Source: Candidatus Hermodarchaeota archaeon
GTDB taxonomy: Archaea; Asgardarchaeota; Lokiarchaeia; Sigyniarchaeales; SOKP01
Length of the DNA: 20,303 bases
Direction of reading: 5' to 3'
Assembly: GCA_048885535.1 (NCBI GenBank)
Contig: JBHLLO010000027.1
Coordinates: 19,687 to 39,989 of the forward strand
How positions within the stretch are numbered: position 1 is the stretch's first letter; the number at the start of each line of letters is the position of its first letter. The translations under genes and the position numbers were made by a program. Below are positions 1 to 8,552 of this stretch, in pieces. The notes under the pieces were generated by a model, which was not told the origin of the DNA, searched no databases, and saw only the letters and a program-made list of their open reading frames with translations.

Positions 1-2114
1 AGAAAGATTCTAACTTTTGAAGGATTAATTTTGGGATTATTTGAAAAAAGATCCTGAACAATTGATTCATATTTTTTTCCTTTAATAGCTAAACTCCTAT
101 GAAGTGAATTTTGATTTTCATAAATTGGTATGGGAAATGAAAAAGGTCTTTTATGGATGTGTCGGCTAGATTTGATCAATTTTATATTATATGTAAGAAT
201 TTTAGAATTGAGAATTGAAGAGAGATAATATGCTTCATTTAGTAAATCAGTAGAGTAATAATAGTTTTCTGAACTAATGATAACATTTTTTTCTTGATTA
301 TCAATGACTGCTGCTTTAATCATTGAACCACTTGCATTATATACTACAATAAAACGTTTAATATGGCATTGTTTTGTGAGCTTGTTCCAATAATTAAAAT
401 TTGAAAATAAAGTATCAATTTTACTTGTACTTTTTTTATTATTTTGATAGATTTCGTTAAACTCATTGTATAGATTAAATGCTTTTGGATATCTTTTCAG
501 AATTGTTATATTAAATTCAAAATTTTCATTAATAGGTAAAAAAATATCCCGGAATTTTTTTATGTAAAAGGGAATTAAATCAATATTTAAAAATGTTTGA
601 AATATGAATCTTTTTTCTATTTTCCTATCTTTAAATTTAAAAATCCAATTCTTTTTAGCTCGAGATAAAATATCTGGATCTGAGGATAACTCTAAATACT
701 TATCATCAACTTTTTTAATACTAAAAAAGGTCAGAGTTCTTGGAACTAATGTAGCTCCTTGAAAAAACAAATTTTTATATCCACTTTCGGAAAGAGTATT
801 CAGGTTTTTTATCTGTTTTTCGGGAAGTATTACTTTAGCACCATCCTTTTCTAATTTAATAGAATCATATACCGTTGTTTCTTGGAGTTCTAAATTATCA
901 TTGTAAATTTTTGTAGGGATAGGATATTTTTTTGAAAGAGATTCTTCGCTACTTCTCCCATTATATCGTGCTTTAAGACATATATGGTCAACACTAAAAA
1001 AATAATTCTTTGGAAAATCCCAAATCTCTAAACTATCAAAAGTAGAGAATTTTCTGAACTTATAACAATGATCTCCGTTAAGTACGCTTTTTGTAATCAC
1101 AAAGAAGATTTTTCCCCCTATTTTTAAATATTCTCTTGGAATTGCATAAAAGAATATAGTTGCTAATTCAATATGAGTAATATATTGACTTGGAGGTTTT
1201 ATACCTAAAGAATCAGCTAGCTCCCTAATTTTACGTTGGTAATTTTTATTAAAAATATCTTTATATGTAAGCCATGGAGGATTTCCAATGACTAAGTCAA
1301 AAGAGCTCTTCAAATTATAATTATTGTTTTCTAGTTTTAACGGGAACAGTGTATCCATATAATTTATTATAGGTCCCTTTAGTTTTGATTCATTAGGGTT
1401 AAAATAGTCTAAGATAATTAGATTGAGATTAACCTTGGCAGTCAAGGCAGCTATAGGATTAACATCAAATCCATAAATATTATTAATTGCATCAATTTTT
1501 ACATCTCTGGATTGTTTAGAATTTAATATTTTTAACAGGATCTCAACTAAAAATGTGCCGGAACCACATGAGGGATCTAATACTTTTTTCCCTATTTTAT
1601 AAATCTCATTTACCATCATTTTCACTAGATTACTAGAAGTATAGAATTCGCCTAATCGATGTCTAGTTACTGGGATAATAATTTGTTGGTAAAGGTCATG
1701 AAATAAATCTTCATATGAAAAATCAATGTTATCTAGAATTTCATATACCTTCTTAAATGATTTATGAAGCAAAAAATCTTGATGGAAACCTTTAAACTCA
1801 TTAAAATCATCTTTCAACATTTCATAATAATGTTTCTGAGCATTTGGACCTCTTAAACCTCTCAATTTTTTTGTTAGAATTAATCTTAGAATTTGAATAT
1901 AATAGGAGTATTTAATGAATAAATCATAACTAAGTTCAAGACCATATACTTTACGAAATAGAGTTTTAAAACCATTGAACTTCTCTTGTAATTTAAATCC
2001 TTTCTCAACTTTTTTCTTTAAAAGGGGTTCAACTTCCTCTTTATAAATTTGGGAGTTTAATCCAAAAAATTTTACGATATAATCAGAATTAATTACTCTT
2101 TTATTCTCAACCAT
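1..2114 (-). CDS. N6-adenine DNA methyltransferase (N-6 DNA methylase / Eco57I-like MTase with probable C-terminal target-recognition region); 3' end outside the window, >700 aa
   Basis: Absent from the ORF track because there is no stop in the window. Manual translation from ATG 2114 (MVENKRVINSDY...) is open to the left edge. It contains RHRLGEFYT, motif I VLDPSCGSGTFL (~1545-1585), IYGFDVNP, motif IV FDLVIGNPPWLTY (~1262-1300) and C-terminal EAYYLSSILNS. Confidence 0.9.
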   Translation of the reverse strand, partial: MVENKRVINSDYIVKFFGLNSQIYKEEVEPLLKKKVEKGFKLQEKFNGFKTLFRKVYGLELSYDLFIKYSYYIQILRLILTKKLRGLRGPNAQKHYYEMLKDDFNEFKGFHQDFLLHKSFKKVYEILDNIDFSYEDLFHDLYQQIIIPVTRHRLGEFYTSSNLVKMMVNEIYKIGKKVLDPSCGSGTFLVEILLKILNSKQSRDVKIDAINNIYGFDVNPIAALTAKVNLNLIILDYFNPNESKLKGPIINYMDTLFPLKLENNNYNLKSSFDLVIGNPPWLTYKDIFNKNYQRKIRELADSLGIKPPSQYITHIELATIFFYAIPREYLKIGGKIFFVITKSVLNGDHCYKFRKFSTFDSLEIWDFPKNYFFSVDHICLKARYNGRSSEESLSKKYPIPTKIYNDNLELQETTVYDSIKLEKDGAKVILPEKQIKNLNTLSESGYKNLFFQGATLVPRTLTFFSIKKVDDKYLELSSDPDILSRAKKNWIFKFKDRKIEKRFIFQTFLNIDLIPFYIKKFRDIFLPINENFEFNITILKRYPKAFNLYNEFNEIYQNNKKSTSKIDTLFSNFNYWNKLTKQCHIKRFIVVYNASGSMIKAAVIDNQEKNVIISSENYYYSTDLLNEAYYLSSILNSKILTYNIKLIKSSRHIHKRPFSFPIPIYENQNSLHRSLAIKGKKYESIVQDLFSNNPKINPSKVRIF

Positions 2115-2266
2115 CCTCTATCAAATATCCAATCCCAATCGAAACCTTCTTCAGATTTATTTTCAAACTTCTTTCTTTGAGATGAATAACATAAGTTAAA
2201 AGTAGAATTTGACTGCTGGGCTCCATGATTAGAATTCAATTTCTTATAATAACTTTTTCTATTCAT
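2093..2266 (-). CDS. Putative 57-aa small protein with Trp/acidic C-terminus
   Basis: Manual translation ATG 2266 to TAA 2093: MNRKSYYKKLNSNHGAQQSNSTFNLCYSSQRKKFENKSEEGFDWDWIFDRGWLRIKE. It fills the gap between the 179-aa ORF and the MTase, overlaps the MTase start by 22 nt, and has the same orientation as its neighbours. Confidence 0.5.
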   Translation of the reverse strand: MNRKSYYKKLNSNHGAQQSNSTFNLCYSSQRKKFENKSEEGFDWDWIFDRGWLRIKE

Positions 2267-2308
2267 TTTATATTAAACTTCCATTAGATTCAATAATTAA
2301 ATGTAAAA

Positions 2309-2848
2309 TCATTTCCTCATGAATGTTGGCAGCATCATGCTAAAGATTTCTGCAATGCTCCGCAATTTTGTAGTCTCTTTGACTGTAGTTACAATTAATA
2401 TCGATTTCTCTAATTCATCTTTATCTAAAGATCCTCCTGAATAAATAGCTTTCTCTGAATTGAAAACTAATAAATATCTAACATTTGGATTATTTATTAT
2501 GTTTATTCCTTCAGATTGTTTTAAATTATCATATATTTCCTGATAACCTTTTGGGATACTTCCTCTATCATTAATAATCAATAAAATAGGAATTCCTCTT
2601 TTTGCTGTTCTTTTTAACTCCGTAGCATAAAATTTATCTACTTTAGGAGAAACTATATTTAATTGTGAATTTGTCGAATTAATAAATTCAATTAGTTGAT
2701 CATTTAATACATATTTTTTATCTGGACTACCCGATGATACTAAATTTACCATCCCTACAAGAGACAATACTTTACTTTCTAAGTCTTGTACCTGTTTCTT
2801 AAGACTTTTGTTCTCAATCCGAAGCTCAATAAGTCTATTTTCTGACAA
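2309..2848 (-). CDS. Hypothetical protein: N-terminal coiled coil plus degenerate phospholipase D-like fold
   Basis: TTG start. Heptad segment LIELRIENKSLKKQVQDLESKV. PLD-like pattern LIEFINSTNSQLNIVSP...AKRGIPILLIIND...NVRYLLVFNSEKAIYSGGSL, in which the HxKxxxxD/GSxN residues are not retained. Confidence 0.6.
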   Translation of the reverse strand: MSENRLIELRIENKSLKKQVQDLESKVLSLVGMVNLVSSGSPDKKYVLNDQLIEFINSTNSQLNIVSPKVDKFYATELKRTAKRGIPILLIINDRGSIPKGYQEIYDNLKQSEGINIINNPNVRYLLVFNSEKAIYSGGSLDKDELEKSILIVTTVKETTKLRSIAEIFSMMLPTFMRK

Positions 2849-2929
2849 AATTAATCAATACAAAATTTAATTTTATATACTATTTAAAATACTAAATTCT
2901 TATAAATATTTGTTAAAAGAAATTTGGCT

Positions 2930-5512
2930 TTACTTTAATTTTTTCCAAGGTTTTCCGAAAAGCATATAGCTTGAAATAGCTAAGGAACTTTTTAAATCAA
3001 TACTTATACTTCCCTGTGTATCGCTTAAATCCTTGAATTTGTTTTCAACAAGTCTAGCCATTTTATCTGCCATGCAGGTTTGTCGAGCTTTCAGAAGTGA
3101 TATTCCTTGGTTGTTTTTATTAAATAAATTCATATAAAAATTTGCACTAATTTCTTTTGTTTCATCATCAAAAATAGGATAATTCCTTGTTACAATTCCG
3201 GTAATTCGCTCATAATCGAATTGCCTTCCAATTTCTCCTAGAGTACTTGGTGCATTCTTTATTCTATTCCCATCAACATCGTATACTTGGGTATTAAAAA
3301 ATAAAAATGGTTCAATAATATGAGTATTTCTTCTAATTGAATTGTTAATTTCTTTAATAGTGATTATTTGATTGTCATTAGTAATAAAGAAACTATCGTT
3401 TGGATTCCAGGGTGAATAAAAAATATTTCCTACGAAATGAATGATATGATATGGTTCGTTTAACATCTTTGATAGAATAGCATCTTTTGTGGCATTTATC
3501 CCTGCAAGTATAGTAATAGTCTCAACTTCTTCTCTTCTATTAAAGAATTCTGTAATAAAATTTAATTCATTGGCGCCAGCGACAAATGGAAAAATGAGTT
3601 CTTTGTTCTTTTCCGCATCATTCCACTTATATGGGCCTAAAGTATTTATTGAGTCGATTAATAATATATTATACTTGGTTAATTGAGTGGTTTTCTCACC
3701 TTTATCCCCTATGCCATGCTCAAAGGTAACTCCTCCTAAAGGAGGTTCTCCTATTATATATCCTATTGAATATTTCAATAAAAAGAAATTATTATCATAA
3801 ACTAATTCAAAGGGGATTGTCATATGATCTAAAATAAAATAGATTTCAGGGATGAATGTAAGGGTTTTGATTTCAAATTGCCTTAGGAGTGTTCGTAATG
3901 ATTTTGGGAGAAAAATGTATAATATTTTTCCAAATTCCATAAGATCAAAATCATATTTCTTCTCTTCTGTTTCAGAGAATATATCATTATAAATGTCATT
4001 AATTTGAGTATCATTCCAATACTCATTTAAAATTTTTCCATCAATAGTATTACCATCTTGTGCCATCATTCTATAAGAAATTAAACCAGCTTCATTAATT
4101 CTAAAAATAATTTGCTTTATAACAAATTGTTCAATTTCGAAATCAAATGAATCCTCTTCAAAGGAGTAAATATTTTGTCTTAGTGCTTCTGTTTCATGAT
4201 ATAATATAGCTGGATCTAAAATTACGGACCTAAGATTTTTATCTAAATACTGAACAATTTTACGTGCAAGATCATAATCTTTTTCTTCAAACAAAGCACG
4301 ATAGAACATCATCCGCCAAAAATCCCGAGGTTCCAATGAAAAAAACATTGAATTAAATTGCCACAAATAGTTACATGTATAAAAATAATGATATATTTGA
4401 GGGTTAGTTTGAGGTATCTTTAAATGGATATTTAATTTTTCAAGTGATTGTAGAAGGTACTTTTTTTCCTTCATATCAACAAACTTCTTACATGCCTCAA
4501 CCCATAATTCAATTAAAATATTATCATATCCTAAATCTGTTTGAGACATAAATAAATCCTCAAGGAAGTCATAAATTTCAAAAGCTATTTCGAATCTATT
4601 CCGCTTAATCGTAAAATCGATATATTTCCTTATATATGTAACAGCATCACCAAATGATTGGAATTTATTTATCTTTTCGAATAGATTTCTAATAATTATT
4701 GGAATCCAAGAGAACTCTCCAATATTATTCAAATAAGAAATTAAAGCTTCAAGATCTATTAAAATGTCATTAAAATTTCTTTCATTTATCGAAAATCTAC
4801 TTAATTTACTAAATTCGTTCTTTAAGTATCCTGGAAGACGGTTTAACAAAATTTTACTTATTACTTGTACAAATTCTGAAGAATCTCCCATAAGATTATA
4901 TTTGAAGTTAATATTTTCTAAAAAGACATATAAAAATAATTCCCTTTTATTAGGTTCCAATTTGAATAAAGTTCTTCCCAAAATTTCCATACTAAAATGA
5001 AAAAATTCTTGAGGTATGACTGATTTTCTCAAATACATTAATAGAATCTGCAATTCAATTAACTTCTGGAACTCATGTTTCTCAATAACTTTAACACAGA
5101 AGGAATTTATAAATTTAGTGATGCCTGTTTGAGATATGTCCTCTGTTGTAATAAATGACTTTAGAAGAGTCGTCCCAAAGTTATTAAAAAGATAAAAATC
5201 ATCCATCTTTGCTAAAAATGAGAAGAAACGCTTGTAAGCATCAATATATTTGATCATATCAATCTCTACTTTTCCTTCTCTTCTTTGAATTAAAGAGTTA
5301 ATGTACATCCACCAAGAATTTGAGATTATCATCATTAATTGATGCTTCTTTTGAATATCTAACCATTCATTTCTTTCAATCTCATAATAAAGATCAGTTA
5401 ATAACCTATCTGCCCATCTATGGTTACCAGAGTGTAATAAACGCCTAGCTTGTATTACGCTCTGTTGAAAATCCTCTAAAAAATTATCACTTTTTTTCAA
5501 AAGAGTAGCCAT
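2930..5512 (-). CDS. Large alpha-helical (TPR-like) protein with C-terminal CHAT (caspase-like) domain lacking the catalytic dyad
   Basis: C-terminal ~340 aa show CHAT hallmarks: IPFELVY, NATKDAILSKM, YHIIHFVGNI (cf. HFAGHG), FLFFNTQ (cf. VFLNAC), FYMNLF...SLLKARQ, YMLFGKP (cf. FVLYGDP). The N-terminal ~450 aa are amphipathic helical repeats. Confidence 0.75.
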   Translation of the reverse strand: MATLLKKSDNFLEDFQQSVIQARRLLHSGNHRWADRLLTDLYYEIERNEWLDIQKKHQLMMIISNSWWMYINSLIQRREGKVEIDMIKYIDAYKRFFSFLAKMDDFYLFNNFGTTLLKSFITTEDISQTGITKFINSFCVKVIEKHEFQKLIELQILLMYLRKSVIPQEFFHFSMEILGRTLFKLEPNKRELFLYVFLENINFKYNLMGDSSEFVQVISKILLNRLPGYLKNEFSKLSRFSINERNFNDILIDLEALISYLNNIGEFSWIPIIIRNLFEKINKFQSFGDAVTYIRKYIDFTIKRNRFEIAFEIYDFLEDLFMSQTDLGYDNILIELWVEACKKFVDMKEKKYLLQSLEKLNIHLKIPQTNPQIYHYFYTCNYLWQFNSMFFSLEPRDFWRMMFYRALFEEKDYDLARKIVQYLDKNLRSVILDPAILYHETEALRQNIYSFEEDSFDFEIEQFVIKQIIFRINEAGLISYRMMAQDGNTIDGKILNEYWNDTQINDIYNDIFSETEEKKYDFDLMEFGKILYIFLPKSLRTLLRQFEIKTLTFIPEIYFILDHMTIPFELVYDNNFFLLKYSIGYIIGEPPLGGVTFEHGIGDKGEKTTQLTKYNILLIDSINTLGPYKWNDAEKNKELIFPFVAGANELNFITEFFNRREEVETITILAGINATKDAILSKMLNEPYHIIHFVGNIFYSPWNPNDSFFITNDNQIITIKEINNSIRRNTHIIEPFLFFNTQVYDVDGNRIKNAPSTLGEIGRQFDYERITGIVTRNYPIFDDETKEISANFYMNLFNKNNQGISLLKARQTCMADKMARLVENKFKDLSDTQGSISIDLKSSLAISSYMLFGKPWKKLK

Positions 5513-5537
5513 CGTTCTTAACCATTTTTTTTAATTA

Positions 5538-6680
5538 TTATAAATTTGTGTTTTCAATCCACCCTTTGCTTAACTTTTCTTTCATGTACAATATTGATGC
5601 CCCAATCCATGCCATATTTTCTCTTCCAGAAGCGGCAATAACCTTAATTTTTTCTTTCAGTTTCTCTGAGAAATACTTCTTTAATTCAATTTGAATTCTT
5701 TCATCTAACCCAGGTATTAAACTTCCCCCTCCAGATAGGATAATATTAGACACCAATTCCTCCCAATTTTCTCTTTCCCATGTTTTTATCACTTTTGAAA
5801 TTGCTTCTACTAGACTTATATAATCAATATGGGCTAATCTTGGATTGAATAGGGGTTCTGATAATAAAAATCGTTCTAAATTTAATTTTAAATTAGTTCC
5901 GTCTGGAAGGCTAATTATTCTATCATATTTTGTTAATCCTTCTTTTACTCTTTTCTGCTCTTCTTGAGGATTTAAAACACATAAAGATAATTTTTCTTTG
6001 ATTTCTTTTGCGATTGGTTTATCAATATAAATATTTTTAGATGTGCCTATGCGAGTCAAAATTAGATTTAAAAAGTAATTTGTCAATTCTTTTCCTGCAA
6101 TTGGAAAAACATCTCGAGCCATTATATTTGTGAACCCATGAAAAATCGTAGAAATATACGTAGTGGATTCACCCATGTTCACAACAACCCCACTAGCTTT
6201 TTGAAGAGTAGAAAGTATAGCTTGACTTTCATGTAGGAAAAGGAGGGATGGGAACTTTAATACATTGAAAAATAAATATTGCAACTTCGATTTCTCTAAA
6301 TCTGACATGAAAAAGGGAGATAGAATTATTAAGGGTTGCTTAAATTGATACTTTTCATCAATATCCAACTGTTTATAGTAATGCAAAAAGAACTTAAGAA
6401 GAATATTAAAATTTTTTTCCTTTTTAAATTCATGAATTTTTAAAATGTTTTGATACTTTAATGCTTGATGTCCTACCAAATGTAGTATCTGCTCATTTTT
6501 GAAAAATAATTCTTCTAAGCCCTCAATAACATCGGAACTAAATAAATAGTCAGAAACATCGACATATACGCTTGGAGCAATGATATCTGGAAAGTCATCA
6601 CCTGCCCATCCTATTCTTGAAGTAGCAGTCCCAATATCTAGGATTAAAGGAGTTGTTTGGTCTTTTGATTTCGAGGACAT
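5538..6680 (-). CDS. Actin-related protein (divergent Asgard actin-family member)
   Basis: Colinear actin motifs: LILDIGTATSRIGWAGDDFP, ESQAILST, SGVVVNMGESTTYI, IAGKELTNYF, EIKEKL, LPDGTNLKLNLERFLLSEPLFNP, NIILSGGGSLIPGLDERIQIEL, IKVIAASGRENMAWIGASIL; 380 aa. Confidence 0.96.
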   Translation of the reverse strand: MSSKSKDQTTPLILDIGTATSRIGWAGDDFPDIIAPSVYVDVSDYLFSSDVIEGLEELFFKNEQILHLVGHQALKYQNILKIHEFKKEKNFNILLKFFLHYYKQLDIDEKYQFKQPLIILSPFFMSDLEKSKLQYLFFNVLKFPSLLFLHESQAILSTLQKASGVVVNMGESTTYISTIFHGFTNIMARDVFPIAGKELTNYFLNLILTRIGTSKNIYIDKPIAKEIKEKLSLCVLNPQEEQKRVKEGLTKYDRIISLPDGTNLKLNLERFLLSEPLFNPRLAHIDYISLVEAISKVIKTWERENWEELVSNIILSGGGSLIPGLDERIQIELKKYFSEKLKEKIKVIAASGRENMAWIGASILYMKEKLSKGWIENTNL

Positions 6681-6712
6681 AAAATACTTCTCTTAGGAAT
6701 ATAATTAAAAAT

Positions 6713-7444
6713 TTAAGGAGTTCTATGCTGATGCACATACTCATCTGCAAGCCTTTTAAGTTGATATTCTTTAATTTGCAACTCTAACAAGCCTAATACT
6801 TTCTTAAACTCACTAGACATAGATTCAATGTCTACATCTGCATGTTTCTCAACTTCATCGCGCTTTATCTTAAATTGCTCTAAATTAAACTGAATTTTTT
6901 CATGTAATTTATTGATTGAATTAACTAAATCCTCAGTATTTTTTTTTGTTATTTTCCTCATTTTCCTTAGAATTGCTAAAATCGCTGATACCGAATTTTC
7001 CCACATCTCATAACGCTCATTATAACCTTGAAAAATTCCTTCAAAGAATTGAGATAATTTAAAATAGATATTATCTTTTTTAGAAATTGAATCTTGTTTA
7101 ACACTTTTTTCCGACGGAGCTACTTTTTCCTTTTTAATGCTTTCTTTTTCTATTAACCCCTTTTTTTCAGAGATTTTTTCTTTAATTTGACTTTGTTCAG
7201 TTATAGGGATTTCTTCCATCATGTAATCTTCAGCAATTTTCTTTTTTGCTTCATAAGAAAGTTGAGGCTCAATCTTTTTATCAGTTTCCTTAATTACCAC
7301 ATGGCTATCATCTTCTGAGAAAGCTTTAAGTAAACCATGTAAAGCCGTTTCAGTCTTTTTTGAACCTTTTAATGCAATATCAAGAGAATAACTGGAATCC
7401 TTATCTTCTTCCTTTAATTTTTCTTTCTTCTTCTTTTTTCCCAT
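6713..7444 (-). CDS. Hypothetical protein: polybasic N-terminus, charged linker, C-terminal long helices/coiled coil
   Basis: 243-aa ORF starting MGKKKKKEKLKEE, with a K/E-rich middle and an amphipathic helical C-terminal ~120 aa. Spaced 32-36 nt from its neighbours. Confidence 0.8.
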   Translation of the reverse strand: MGKKKKKEKLKEEDKDSSYSLDIALKGSKKTETALHGLLKAFSEDDSHVVIKETDKKIEPQLSYEAKKKIAEDYMMEEIPITEQSQIKEKISEKKGLIEKESIKKEKVAPSEKSVKQDSISKKDNIYFKLSQFFEGIFQGYNERYEMWENSVSAILAILRKMRKITKKNTEDLVNSINKLHEKIQFNLEQFKIKRDEVEKHADVDIESMSSEFKKVLGLLELQIKEYQLKRLADEYVHQHRTP

Positions 7445-7480
7445 TTGAAGTGATCAACATTAACAATTTTTAAAAATATA

Positions 7481-7882
7481 TTACTCTAATGGAAGAACCT
7501 CCACCTTAATGGCTTCTCCTTTTTCTTTCAGAACTTTTTTAAGATCTTCAAGATTCTCTGGACTTTCGGAAATAACAGTCCATTCAGCAGTTTTATCTTT
7601 TTCAATAATTACTGCTTCACTATACATCATACTAAGACCTTGTTCACCAAAAGTGCCAGCAAGCTTTGCTAGTGCTCCTGGAATGTCTTTCATGGTAATT
7701 CTGAGCTTTATTGGACTCTTCTCGTCTGATAAACCTATTGGTGTTATTTTAATTTCTTTATTTTCTGAATCAGCAACTAGCATCAACTGTGAATTTGTTG
7801 TAAGACCTAAACTCTTTCGAATTAACTGAGGGATTACAATTCTGCCTCTATTATCAATTGTGATCACTCTAACTTCTTTCAT
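7481..7882 (-). CDS. AbrB/MazE/SpoVT-type DNA-binding domain fused to an ACT domain
   Basis: N-terminal ITIDNRGRIVIPQLIRKSLGL (AbrB swapped-hairpin signature). C-terminal LRITMKDIPGALAKLAGTFGEQGLSM (ACT signature). Confidence 0.9.
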   Translation of the reverse strand: MKEVRVITIDNRGRIVIPQLIRKSLGLTTNSQLMLVADSENKEIKITPIGLSDEKSPIKLRITMKDIPGALAKLAGTFGEQGLSMMYSEAVIIEKDKTAEWTVISESPENLEDLKKVLKEKGEAIKVEVLPLE

Positions 7883-7928
7883 AGTATCAAGTTTTTGTAA
7901 TTTTAGTTATTATAATTATTAAATTTCG

Positions 7929-7947
7929 AATATAAAAATTTTATATT
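7929..7947. promoter_or_regulatory. Perfect 9-1-9 inverted repeat overlapping a TATA-like element upstream of the AbrB-ACT gene
   Basis: aatataaaa-a-ttttatatt; minus strand reads AAAATTTTTATA, about 50 nt upstream of ATG 7882. All A/T, so chance occurrence is possible. Confidence 0.35.
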
Positions 7948-7971
7948 TAGAAGATGGTAAAGAAGAGATTT

Positions 7972-8003
7972 AAGAAAAAAATTTGATTTGAATAACTTCA
8001 AAT
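7972..8003 (-). terminator. Possible terminator of the biosynthetic cluster
   Basis: atttgaa-taac-ttcaaat hairpin (7986-8003), followed on the minus strand by a T7 tract (7975-7981), about 80-110 nt downstream of the SCP2 stop. Confidence 0.3.
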
Positions 8004-8082
8004 AAATCTATTTAGTTTACTATCTCCTATATAGACACGTGTTTGCTAAACATTCCTAGTATTTTATATTTGACATTTCTAA

Positions 8083-8481
8083 TTATTGAATTGCTTTTGA
8101 ATGAGCTTTTGCATTAAGTGGCAATAGTGGTGCGCATACCATTAGCTTACTGACATCACCTTCAACTTCATATGTTCCAGACATAGTTGCTTGAATAGGG
8201 TCTGATTCTCCAGAATTAACCTTTTTAATTGTTGCAAAATCAGTTTTATGGATGATTTTTGGAGCATCAGGTCCATGATATTGACCCATTCCCCAATCCA
8301 TCTTATCTTTATCGACGAATTGCCAATAACTCATCTCAGGTCTATCAGTTATTTCATATTGAAATACTAATGGTGCGATTGGTTCCAACATCTGTGCTAA
8401 ATCTGGTAGTTCATTATAAGCTTTCATAAAGCGTGCGAGATAATCTTCCCATTCCTCTTTTGTGTCCAATTTTACTTTCAC
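8083..8481 (-). CDS. SCP2 sterol/lipid-binding domain protein
   Basis: LVFQYEITD...KIIHKTDFATIKKVNSGESDPIQATMSGTYEVEGDVSKLM matches the SCP2 GxxDPxxAxxxGxxxVxGD pattern. The annotated GTG is part of a GGAGGTG SD-like motif (8479-8485), so the true start may be TTG 8469, 9 nt downstream of it. Confidence 0.85.
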   Translation of the reverse strand: MKVKLDTKEEWEDYLARFMKAYNELPDLAQMLEPIAPLVFQYEITDRPEMSYWQFVDKDKMDWGMGQYHGPDAPKIIHKTDFATIKKVNSGESDPIQATMSGTYEVEGDVSKLMVCAPLLPLNAKAHSKAIQ

Positions 8482-8552
8482 CTCCTTTAATTTATTTTAT
8501 TTTTATTTGAATGGAATTTTCAAATCCTTTATTTTTGGCTTTTTAAGCCATA

